From an uncultured Acidobacteriota bacterium (lineage in GTDB: Bacteria > Acidobacteriota > Vicinamibacteria > Fen-336), in contig OY970399.1 in assembly GCA_963720545.1 (NCBI GenBank), positions 3,683,344 through 3,747,343 of the forward strand: a stretch of 64,000 nucleotides of DNA, given 5' to 3'. How positions within the stretch are numbered: position 1 is the first letter of the stretch; each line of letters opens with the position of its first letter. The notes beneath the pieces are model-generated. The model saw only the letters and a list, made by a program, of their open reading frames with translations. It searched no databases and was not told where the DNA came from. The position numbers and the translations under genes were made by a program. Positions 20,866 through 31,197 of the stretch are shown one piece after another.

Positions 20866-23387
20866 GACGTCTGCCCGCGCGCGCTCTCCTATGCGTTTGC
20901 GTGCTGTTCGGGGCGTTTGCCCTGGCCGATGAGAACAACCCCGTCTTGCTGGGTCTGACGTCAGACCAGACAAGCAGCGCGACGCGGGTCGTCCTCGAGT
21001 CCAGTGGCCCGCTGGTGTACACCTATTACACCCCCGATCCGCTCACCCTGGTGGTCGACATTCCCGATGCCGACGGCGCGAAGCTGCCGCCGCTCTACTC
21101 GGTGTCGAGCCCCGAGGTCGTGAACGTCACGAGCTCGACCGTCAGCCGCCCCGACGGCCACAGCCTGTCCCGCCTCGAGGTGAAGCTCGCCAAGGCGGTG
21201 CAGTACCAGATCTTCAGCGAAGGCAAGACGCTGAACCTGGTGTTCGACCGCGGCGCCGCCGCCGCGGCGGCCGACAAGCCGACGAACCTCGAGCTGGAGC
21301 CGAAGCTCATCGAGACCCCGCCTGCGAAGCAGCCGACCGTGCTGCCCGAGCAGACGGTCGCAGCCGCACGCCGCAGCCCGACGCCGGCCGCCACGCCCGA
21401 GCCCGCGCCCAAGGCCCCTGTCGCCGGAACCGCCACGCGCATCGTCGGCGTGACGCACCGGATGACGAACGGCAGCGTTGAAGTCACGGTGAAGGCCGAC
21501 GGTACGCTGGGTTACGAGGACTTTTTCGTTCCCGATCCGCCGGCGCGCCTCGTGATCGACATCGTCAACGTCGCAGTCGCGCAGCGCAGCGTGCCGATCA
21601 ACCAGAACTCGGTGCGGCGCGTGCGCCTTGCGCAGTACAGTCCCGACCCCAAAGTGGGCCGGCTGGTATTCGACCTCGCGGCGCACACGCCCTACGAGAT
21701 CACCGACCTCGCCGACGGCATGCGCATCGTCTTCACCGAGCCGCGGACGGCACACGCGAGCACGGTGACGCCGGTGTTCCAGCCCGCGGTGCTCAGCACC
21801 GAGACGCCCGTTGAACAAGCCAAGGTCTCGCTGAAGACGAGCGCCGATCCCGAGCCGGTCGTTTCCAACCGCGCGCAGGAGCCCGCACCCCAGGTCATGC
21901 CCACACCGGCGCCCGCGCCGGTGGTTCTGAGCCGGCCAGTGGTGACGTCGCAGCCGGCCACGGTCATCGTGCCCGCATCGGTTCGCGCGCAGACGACGCC
22001 AGTGACACCGCCGGTCATCAGCACCACTCTGCCCGGGTACGCGAACTCGCCCGGCGGCATGGTGTCGATGCGCAAGGTCTACACCGGGCACCCGATCTCG
22101 CTCGACTTCCGCGAGGGCGACCTGCAGGACATCCTGCGGTTGTTCGCGGATATCAGCGGCCTCAACATCATCGTGAACCCCGGCGTCGCCGGCAAGGTTA
22201 CGGTGAAGCTCAACGAGGTTCCCTGGGATCAGGCGCTCGACATCATCCTCAAGAGCCAGGGCCTGGGACAGGTCACCGAAGACAACGTCATCCGCGTGGC
22301 GCCGCTCTCGGCGCTGCAGCGAGAGGAAGACGAGATCCGCAAGCTGAAGGAAAACCAGGCGCTCGCCGGCGATCTGATTCCCTATCGCAAGAGCCTCAGC
22401 TACGCGAAGGTCGCGGACATCGAGGACACGATCAAGAAGGTGGCGCTGTCGCCGCGCGGCACCATCACCCTCGACACCCGCACCAACACCATCATCATCA
22501 CCGACCTGCAGAAGAACGTCACCGACGTGCAGGCCCTGATTCTCGACCTCGACCGCCAGACGCCGCAGGTGGAGATCGAGGCGCGTATCGTGGTGACGAG
22601 CCGCAACTTCACGCGCGACGTGGGCGTGCAGTGGGGCTTCCTCAACAAGCAGACCCCGCAGTACGGCAACACCACCGGCCGCGCGTTCCCGAACTCGATC
22701 ATCCTGAACGGCGCGGCATCCGCGCCGAGCCAGGGCATCAACCCGCAGCTGGCCTTCAACCCCGACAGTCAGGGTATCGGGCCAACACCGCGCGGCTATG
22801 CCGTCAACCTGCCGGCGGCGTCGTTCACTTCGGGCATCGGCATCTCGCTCGGCAACATCCTCGGCAGCTTCAACATCGATGCGGCGCTCACGGCGCTCGA
22901 GCGTCAGGGCCGCGGCCGCATCCTGTCGACGCCGAAGGTGACGACGCAGAACAACCAGGAAGCCGAGATCAAGCAGGGCGTGCAGATTCCGATCGCCATC
23001 CAGCAGGCGAGCGGTGGTGCCAGCTTCGCGGCCACCAACGTCCAGTTCAAGGATGCGTTCCTGATCCTGAAGGTGACGCCGCAGATCACCGACGCCGGCA
23101 CCGTCATCCTCAAGCTCGAGGTGGAGAACAACTCGCCCGACTTCGCGAACCGGGTGAACGGCATCCCGCCGATCAACACGCAGTCCGCGAAGACCATCGT
23201 GCTGGTGCGCGACGGCGCCACCACGGTCATCGGCGGCATCTACCAGAGCAGCGAGCAGTCGACGCTGAACTCGACTCCGTTCTTCGGCAAGCTGCCGATC
23301 CTGGGAGCTTTGTTCCGCAACCGGGCGTCCGAGAACCGCAACAACGAGCTGTTGCTGTTCATCACGCCCAGAATCATCAAGGGGTAA
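20862..23387 (+). CDS. pilQ: Type IV pilus secretin PilQ with two AMIN-like N-terminal domains
   Basis: The secretin C-terminus reads 'LSTPKVTTQNNQEAEIKQGVQIPI ... GGIYQS ... TPFFGKLPILGALFR...NELLLFITPRIIKG'. Two AMIN-like repeats ('LTLVVDIPDA', 'ARLVIDIVNV') are separated by Pro/Ala/Thr linkers. The ATG overlaps the pilP stop. Confidence 0.9.
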   Translation: MRRLPARALLCVCVLFGAFALADENNPVLLGLTSDQTSSATRVVLESSGPLVYTYYTPDPLTLVVDIPDADGAKLPPLYSVSSPEVVNVTSSTVSRPDGHSLSRLEVKLAKAVQYQIFSEGKTLNLVFDRGAAAAAADKPTNLELEPKLIETPPAKQPTVLPEQTVAAARRSPTPAATPEPAPKAPVAGTATRIVGVTHRMTNGSVEVTVKADGTLGYEDFFVPDPPARLVIDIVNVAVAQRSVPINQNSVRRVRLAQYSPDPKVGRLVFDLAAHTPYEITDLADGMRIVFTEPRTAHASTVTPVFQPAVLSTETPVEQAKVSLKTSADPEPVVSNRAQEPAPQVMPTPAPAPVVLSRPVVTSQPATVIVPASVRAQTTPVTPPVISTTLPGYANSPGGMVSMRKVYTGHPISLDFREGDLQDILRLFADISGLNIIVNPGVAGKVTVKLNEVPWDQALDIILKSQGLGQVTEDNVIRVAPLSALQREEDEIRKLKENQALAGDLIPYRKSLSYAKVADIEDTIKKVALSPRGTITLDTRTNTIIITDLQKNVTDVQALILDLDRQTPQVEIEARIVVTSRNFTRDVGVQWGFLNKQTPQYGNTTGRAFPNSIILNGAASAPSQGINPQLAFNPDSQGIGPTPRGYAVNLPAASFTSGIGISLGNILGSFNIDAALTALERQGRGRILSTPKVTTQNNQEAEIKQGVQIPIAIQQASGGASFAATNVQFKDAFLILKVTPQITDAGTVILKLEVENNSPDFANRVNGIPPINTQSAKTIVLVRDGATTVIGGIYQSSEQSTLNSTPFFGKLPILGALFRNRASENRNNELLLFITPRIIKG

Positions 23388-23410
23388 GGGAAGTGAGGAG
23401 GAGTTTCGCC

Positions 23411-24025
23411 ATGCGCCCTGCGTTCGCGAGAGTCGCCCTGGTGGCGCTCACCGCAGCCACGACGGTTTCTTGTGGCATCAGCCCCGACTACGTCCAGCAG
23501 GACGAGTCGCAGGTGATCCTGAGGATCACCAACATCACCGCCACTGCCAACGGGGAGGACGACTCCGCGTTCATGACCTCGGACGTCAGCACCGAGGGCA
23601 GCATCTTCAACGACAACGCGGTGCTGACGGTGCAGGCCTTGCTCAAGAACCCAGCCCTCGGCTCAGCGACGCCTTCCGATGTTCTGCTCGACCGCTACGA
23701 CATCGTCTACAAGCGCAGCGACGGGCTCAACACCCAGGGCGTCGATGTCCCGTTCTCGATCAGCTCGGGGATGAATCTGCTGGTTCCGGCTAGCGACGCC
23801 GGCACCTCCGGTGCTGAGGCCGCGATCATCGCCGTGCGCCACCAGGCGAAGACCGAGCCGCCGCTCCGCAACCTGCGCGCGAACGAGAGCGGGCTTGGCG
23901 GCGAAAGCATCTTGACCGTCTACGCCGAGATCACCGTCTACGGCCGAACCACTGCCGGGCAACGCGTCCAGGCCACCGGCAGACTTCAGATTGTTTTTGC
24001 CGACTTCGCCGACGAGGGGAACTAG
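23411..24025 (+). CDS. Putative lipoprotein of unknown function, first gene after pilQ
   Basis: The ATG has a GAGGAGGAG RBS. The signal peptide ends 'TTVSC|G'. I recognise no domain. It is in frame with the tail of ORF 22631..24025. Confidence 0.55.
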   Translation: MRPAFARVALVALTAATTVSCGISPDYVQQDESQVILRITNITATANGEDDSAFMTSDVSTEGSIFNDNAVLTVQALLKNPALGSATPSDVLLDRYDIVYKRSDGLNTQGVDVPFSISSGMNLLVPASDAGTSGAEAAIIAVRHQAKTEPPLRNLRANESGLGGESILTVYAEITVYGRTTAGQRVQATGRLQIVFADFADEGN

Positions 24026-24030
24026 CAGCC

Positions 24031-24804
24031 ATGTGGTCCACAATTCTCAAACAGAAGCCGTTCGCGACAGCGACGCTCGCTGTCTTGACGCTTGGTTTCC
24101 TCATGAGTTGCGGCCTCGACGAGGTCAACGATCCGGGCGCCATCACCGGGCCGGCGGCGCGCGGCATCCAGCTGAAGATGACCGCGAGCCCGGACACCGT
24201 CACCGCCAACGGCAAGGACAAGTCCACGATTCAGGGACGCGTCCTCGGCCCGAATGGCCAGCCGGTCTCGGGGCAGCAGGTGCTGTTCACCGTCGCTGGC
24301 TCGTCGGACGGCACCCTCAACGACAACCCCATCAGCGCCACCGCCGTCACCGACGGAAGCGGCATCGCTCGTGTCACCTACAAGGCGCCGCCGCGTCCTG
24401 ACGCGACCGCCACGCAGGTGATCCAGATCAGCGGACACGTGGTCGACGGCGACGCCAACGGCATCTGGGAGTCGAGCGTCGGGATCAAGCTGATTTCCGC
24501 CGAACCGCGCACGTTCCCGCCGATCCCCGACAACGTCGCACCCACGTGCGAGTTTTCGGTGCGACCGGCGACCCTGATAGTCGACGCCTTCGACGTGGTC
24601 AGCTTCTTCACCGCGGCCCACGACGACACTGGCGAGATCGTCCGCTTCGAGTGGTTCTTCGGCGACACCGGCAACAAGAACTATGACGACGCTCCCGACG
24701 CCGCCCACGTGTACAAGGTGGCGGGCTCCTACACGGTGACCCACGCAGTGACCGACAGCGGCGGCTTGCAGTCGACCTGTACGAAGACCATCACCGTCAA
24801 CTAG
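24031..24804 (+). CDS. Putative lipoprotein with an invasin/intimin-type Ig-like (Big) domain and a PKD domain
   Basis: The lipobox is 'FLMSC|G'. The Big-like segment is 'TASPDTVTANGKDKSTIQGRVLGPNGQPVSGQQVLF..TDGSGIARVTY'. The PKD-like segment is 'FEWFFGDTGN..AAHVYKVAGSYTVTHAVTDSGG'. Confidence 0.7.
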   Translation: MWSTILKQKPFATATLAVLTLGFLMSCGLDEVNDPGAITGPAARGIQLKMTASPDTVTANGKDKSTIQGRVLGPNGQPVSGQQVLFTVAGSSDGTLNDNPISATAVTDGSGIARVTYKAPPRPDATATQVIQISGHVVDGDANGIWESSVGIKLISAEPRTFPPIPDNVAPTCEFSVRPATLIVDAFDVVSFFTAAHDDTGEIVRFEWFFGDTGNKNYDDAPDAAHVYKVAGSYTVTHAVTDSGGLQSTCTKTITVN

Positions 24805-24838
24805 CCACCACATCTCCCGGGATGTGACCTGAGCACGG

Positions 24839-25675
24839 ATGGCTGAGTCGGCACGAGTAACGGAGTTACGGCGAAGGCTGGAGACGGACCCCGAGTCTCC
24901 AGCCTTTGGCCCGCTCGCCGAGGAGTTGCGGCGACAGGGCAACCTGGAAGAAGCCATCAGAATCTGCCGCGCGGGCCTCGACCGCCATCCCGGCTTCCTG
25001 TCGGGCCACATGACTCTGGGGCGCGCATTGTCGGCTTCCGGCGACGACGCTGGTGCGACCGCGGCGTTCGAGTCGGTGCTCTCGGTCGCTCCCGACAACC
25101 TGCTCGCGAGCCGCCTGCTGGCCGATATCTACGAGAAGGAAGGCCGGTTCGAGGAGGCGAAGTCGTGCCTCGAAAAGGCTCAGCGCTACACCGTCAAGGA
25201 GCCGACGATCGGCGTGCGGATCGCCGACCTGGCGAAGCGGCTGCAGGAGACAGAAGCGCGCGCGCCCGTGCATTCAGCGGTGACGCCGAAAGCTGCGGAA
25301 GCCATTGCGCTGCCGCCACCGGCACTTGAGGCGCCACACGGCGCCTGGGGCAGGAACGCCAAAGACGCGCCCACCGAACATTTCGATGCGCCTGCGACCT
25401 TCATACTGCCCGACTTCGAGAGCCTGGCGGCACCCGAGCCGGCGCCGGCCGCGGCCGCGGAGTTCGCCACACCGACGCTCGGCCACCTCTACCTGCAGCA
25501 GGGCGCGCCGGCGGAAGCGGCGGACGCCTTTCGCGCTGTGCTCGACCGCGAACCGGAGAACCCGCGGGCGCTCGCCGGGCTCGACAGCATGGCGGCTGAA
25601 CCGGTCCTGATCCACGCGCAGATCGCACGGCTCGAGCAATGGCTCCGGGCCGCACAGTCGCTGAGGAGGGTCTAG
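24839..25675 (+). CDS. Cytoplasmic tetratricopeptide-repeat protein
   Basis: TPR-like helices are visible ('GNLEEAIRICRAGLDRHPG', 'LADIYEKEGRFEEAKSCLEKA', 'LGHLYLQQGAPAEAADAFRAVLDREPENPRAL'). There is no signal peptide. Confidence 0.7.
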   Translation: MAESARVTELRRRLETDPESPAFGPLAEELRRQGNLEEAIRICRAGLDRHPGFLSGHMTLGRALSASGDDAGATAAFESVLSVAPDNLLASRLLADIYEKEGRFEEAKSCLEKAQRYTVKEPTIGVRIADLAKRLQETEARAPVHSAVTPKAAEAIALPPPALEAPHGAWGRNAKDAPTEHFDAPATFILPDFESLAAPEPAPAAAAEFATPTLGHLYLQQGAPAEAADAFRAVLDREPENPRALAGLDSMAAEPVLIHAQIARLEQWLRAAQSLRRV

Positions 25676-25678
25676 GCC

Positions 25679-26038
25679 GTGTCCTTCAGAGATCAGTTGC
25701 AGGCAGTCGTCGCCCGCGTCCCGGAAGCAGAAGTGGTGATGATCGTCGCCAAGGACGGCATTCCGGTGGAAACGATCACCACGAAGCCGCAGGCGGAGCT
25801 CGATGACGTCGCCGCCCTCTACGCGAACCTCTTGCGCTCCAGCGTCTCGGCAGCCGACGCCGCGGGCCATGGGCAGCTGCAGGACCTGACGGTGGTGGGC
25901 GAGCGCTCCACGGCGCTGCTGCACGCCATCACCAACGACTACGCGCTGTTCGCGGTGCTGGCCAACGGCGCCATCATCGGCCGCGCCCGCTACGCCCTGC
26001 GCCTCGCCGGTATAGCACTGCGTCCTGAGTTCCAGTAG
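25679..26038 (+). CDS. Roadblock/LC7 (MglB/MglC-like) domain protein
   Basis: The GTG start has a GAGGAGG RBS. The protein is 119 aa, with the pattern 'AEVVMIVAKDGIPVE...LQDLTVVGERSTALLHAITNDYALFAVL' typical of Roadblock/LC7 folds. Confidence 0.65.
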   Translation: MSFRDQLQAVVARVPEAEVVMIVAKDGIPVETITTKPQAELDDVAALYANLLRSSVSAADAAGHGQLQDLTVVGERSTALLHAITNDYALFAVLANGAIIGRARYALRLAGIALRPEFQ

Positions 26039-26062
26039 AGTCCCGTATGGGAGCGCAGCGGA

Positions 26063-26539
<477 letters not shown>

Positions 26540-26561
26540 GCGCGGCGAAAGGCCGCCGCCC

Positions 26562-28828
<2,267 letters not shown>

Positions 28829-28834
28829 GCAGAA

Positions 28835-29290
28835 CTAGTTCGCCGTGACTTGACCGACCATGCTCGGATGTATCGAGCAGTGATAGGGGATGGCCCCGGC
28901 AGCGCCGATCGTCACAGGAGCGCTTGTGGTGTTCGGCGCGATGTTGCCGGTGTTGAACGCCGATCCCGCATCTGGCACCACCGCATGAACGACCGAGTCG
29001 CTGTTATGCCACGCCACCGTCTGGCCGACGCGCAGCGTTGCGCCAGCAGGTGAGAACGACATTCCGCCACTGATTCCCAGGATGTTGATGACCACGTCCG
29101 CCGTGGCCCCGGGAGTTGGAGTGGGGGTGGGAGTAGGAGTCGGAGTCGGGGTGGGAGTAGGAGTCGGAGTGGGACCAGGCGACGGTGAGGAAGGCGACGA
29201 GGGTGAGTCTGAATCATCCGAACAAGCGCCGGCGCCGATGACAGCGGACAAGGCGATGACAATCAAGGCCGACGACCAATGCAATTTCAT
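28835..29290 (-). CDS. Lipoprotein cupredoxin (type-1 copper site) with a Ser/Pro and (Thr-Pro)10 linker
   Basis: The lipobox is 'GAGAC|S'. The candidate copper ligands are 'SVVHAV' and 'YHCSIHPSM' (His..Cys-x2-His-x2-Met). There is an AAGGAG RBS. Confidence 0.7.
   Translation of the reverse strand: MKLHWSSALIVIALSAVIGAGACSDDSDSPSSPSSPSPGPTPTPTPTPTPTPTPTPTPTPGATADVVINILGISGGMSFSPAGATLRVGQTVAWHNSDSVVHAVVPDAGSAFNTGNIAPNTTSAPVTIGAAGAIPYHCSIHPSMVGQVTAN
29111..29170 (-). repeat. Coding hexanucleotide repeat (ACN CCN)x10 containing a 24-nt tandem duplication
   Basis: The minus strand reads actccgactcctactcccaccccg / actccgactcctactcccaccccc / actccaactccc, encoding (TP)10. Confidence 0.85.
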
Positions 29291-29470
29291 TTCGCGGCTC
29301 CTTCGAAGAGCGACCGGGTTTCGGGTCGATTCCGAAAGCGGCGCCCATTGAAAGTAGGACTCCGCTGGAGCCGCTGATGGAACACGCGTGACTTATGACA
29401 AATGCCCACCGAAAAACAGAAAAGCGGCGTGGCGACGATCGGGCGCCAGCGGGAAACGGTGCGACCAGTT

Positions 29471-30286
29471 CTACTTCTTGAAGTAGTTGATGTCCTGCGG
29501 TCCGTCGCCGAGACGAGCGAGAACCACATCCTCGGCTGCCTTGCCCCAGTGAGCGGTCTTCGCCGGGATGACGAAGTAACCGCCTGCAGGCACGCTCTTG
29601 CCGGTGTGGTCGTCCACCGTTTCGCCTTCACCGGTGATCATCGTGCCGGACAGCACCGTCACCACTTCGCCCGCTCCGTGCCAGTGAGGAGGATTGACGA
29701 GACCGCGGGGAAGCTTCAGCAGGATGAGGTAGGGCCCTGTCTTCGGATCGCCATATTGAAGCGACGTTTCAACCCCTGAAACCAGGCCCTGTCCGTTCTC
29801 CCACACCACGTCCTTCGCCTGCACGACTGTGATCGACGCATTTCCAGGCGCCTTCTCCCCGTCCTTGAGGATGGTCATCTCGCGGGGCCCAGGCGAGTAC
29901 CGGAGAATCACGGTTTCCGCCAGGGTCCTCGCCCAGTGCGCGGTCTTCGCCGGGATCGTGAAGGAGCCACCGGGCCCTACCGCGACGCCTTTTGCTTCGT
30001 CGACGGAATCGCCCCCGCCAACGAGGACAGAACCGGAAACCACGGTCACGACTTCGTCGAACTGGTGAAAGTGCGCCGGCAACTGATAGCCGGCGGCAAA
30101 CTTGAAAAGCGCCTCATAGGCACCCGCCGTGGGATCACCCCATTCAATGGCCGTCATCGGCCCACCCGCCATCCCGGGCGTCGCCTGCCATGCAATTTGT
30201 TCTTTGGTGACAGCGACGACCTTGTCCGGACCCGCACCACTCACAACCGAAGGCAACAGCAGTAGCCCCACCGCAAGTCGTCGCAT
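29471..30286 (-). CDS. Secreted bicupin protein
   Basis: It has a signal peptide 'LLLLPSVVSGAG' and two cupin cores. These are 'PAHFHQFDEVVTVVSGSV..FTIPAKTAHWA' and 'PPHWHGAGEVVTVLSGTM..YFVIPAKTAHWG'. Confidence 0.65.
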   Translation of the reverse strand: MRRLAVGLLLLPSVVSGAGPDKVVAVTKEQIAWQATPGMAGGPMTAIEWGDPTAGAYEALFKFAAGYQLPAHFHQFDEVVTVVSGSVLVGGGDSVDEAKGVAVGPGGSFTIPAKTAHWARTLAETVILRYSPGPREMTILKDGEKAPGNASITVVQAKDVVWENGQGLVSGVETSLQYGDPKTGPYLILLKLPRGLVNPPHWHGAGEVVTVLSGTMITGEGETVDDHTGKSVPAGGYFVIPAKTAHWGKAAEDVVLARLGDGPQDINYFKK

Positions 30287-30396
30287 CGAGTCCTCCGGGA
30301 AGTGCCCATCGTAGTGGGTTGATCGACGCCAAAGCCACGACCATCCGTTCCAATGCGCGTGGGCGCTAGACTCCGCCTGAAGCTCAGGAGGTCAAA

Positions 30397-30444
30397 ATGC
30401 GCGTATGTCACCGGCTCACTGACCCCGAAGGGCGACGACCGTGA
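30397..30444 (+). CDS. Candidate 15-codon upstream ORF (MRVCHRLTDPEGRRP) coupled to the following membrane-protein gene
   Basis: AGGAGG (30386-30391) lies 5 nt before the ATG at 30397. The TGA stop (30442-30444) overlaps the GTG (30441) of the next ORF, which has no Shine-Dalgarno of its own. Confidence 0.3.
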   Translation: MRVCHRLTDPEGRRP

Positions 30445-31085
30445 GCCACCTGCTTGAAGTAGTCGTGGCACTGTACGCATTCACCCTTGTCGGATTGTTC
30501 GTTCGCGGCATGGCCCTTACCTTGTTCGCATTCACGGCCTACCTGGCGGTGCTGCTCGCCCATGGGCTGATCGTCATGGATGGCCGCTTACTCAATAAAG
30601 ACACTTGGATGGCAACCGAGTTGGCACTCCAGGTTTTGGAAGTCGCCGTTGTGTTGCAGCTTGGCCAAGCCATCCTGGGTAGCACTCGAAAGACGCGTCG
30701 GATCTTCTGGTTCTGCACAAGCGGAATCGGGTTGACGATTGCCATTCTGTTGAACTCGCGCCCCTCGAGCACGTCACTCACCGTCGCGATCGTTTCCAAT
30801 TGCCATTACCCCGTCCTCGCTCTCCTGATCGTCACGCTCTTGCTGGCGCGTGTTTTCGTGATTCCAATCGGTCGGCTTAATCAGGCGGTGCTGGTCGGAA
30901 TCGCGGCGCCATTGGCACTCGGGCCAGTCATGTCAGTGACTTCCTGGTTGGTTTCACTTCTGGGTTTTTCCGGCCCCGTGCCGCCGTACGCATGGACCAA
31001 CAGCATTCTGGCCGCTGGCGGATACGCGTCCGCATTTATTTGGGCGATCGGCGTGTTGACCGCCCCTGCGGAAGCTGGCGGTTAA
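30441..31085 (+). CDS. Polytopic membrane protein of unknown function
   Basis: I see about 6-7 hydrophobic helices and no recognisable motif. The gene is visibly lower in GC than its flanks. The start is GTG. Confidence 0.5.
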   Translation: MSHLLEVVVALYAFTLVGLFVRGMALTLFAFTAYLAVLLAHGLIVMDGRLLNKDTWMATELALQVLEVAVVLQLGQAILGSTRKTRRIFWFCTSGIGLTIAILLNSRPSSTSLTVAIVSNCHYPVLALLIVTLLLARVFVIPIGRLNQAVLVGIAAPLALGPVMSVTSWLVSLLGFSGPVPPYAWTNSILAAGGYASAFIWAIGVLTAPAEAGG

Positions 31086-31197
31086 CACTGAGGGCAGGAA
31101 TAGATCGGGCGGCGCGCGAGCGCTCGTGTGGCGAGCCCGGCGCTCACCCCCTCGGCCTCTTACGAGACCGAACCAACGGGACGGTAACATCTCAGGG

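Noticed and set aside
22631-23410. The front part of ORF 22631..24025 overlaps pilQ in another frame.
   Set aside because: The pilQ frame carries the secretin motifs. The alternative frame becomes meaningful only from the ATG at 23411, where it has an RBS and a lipoprotein signal.
29111-29170. The short periodic repeat could be mistaken for a CRISPR-like or satellite array.
   Set aside because: The period is 6 nt, it lies in frame inside a CDS, and it encodes a (TP)n linker. There is no repeat-spacer structure and no cas genes anywhere in the window.
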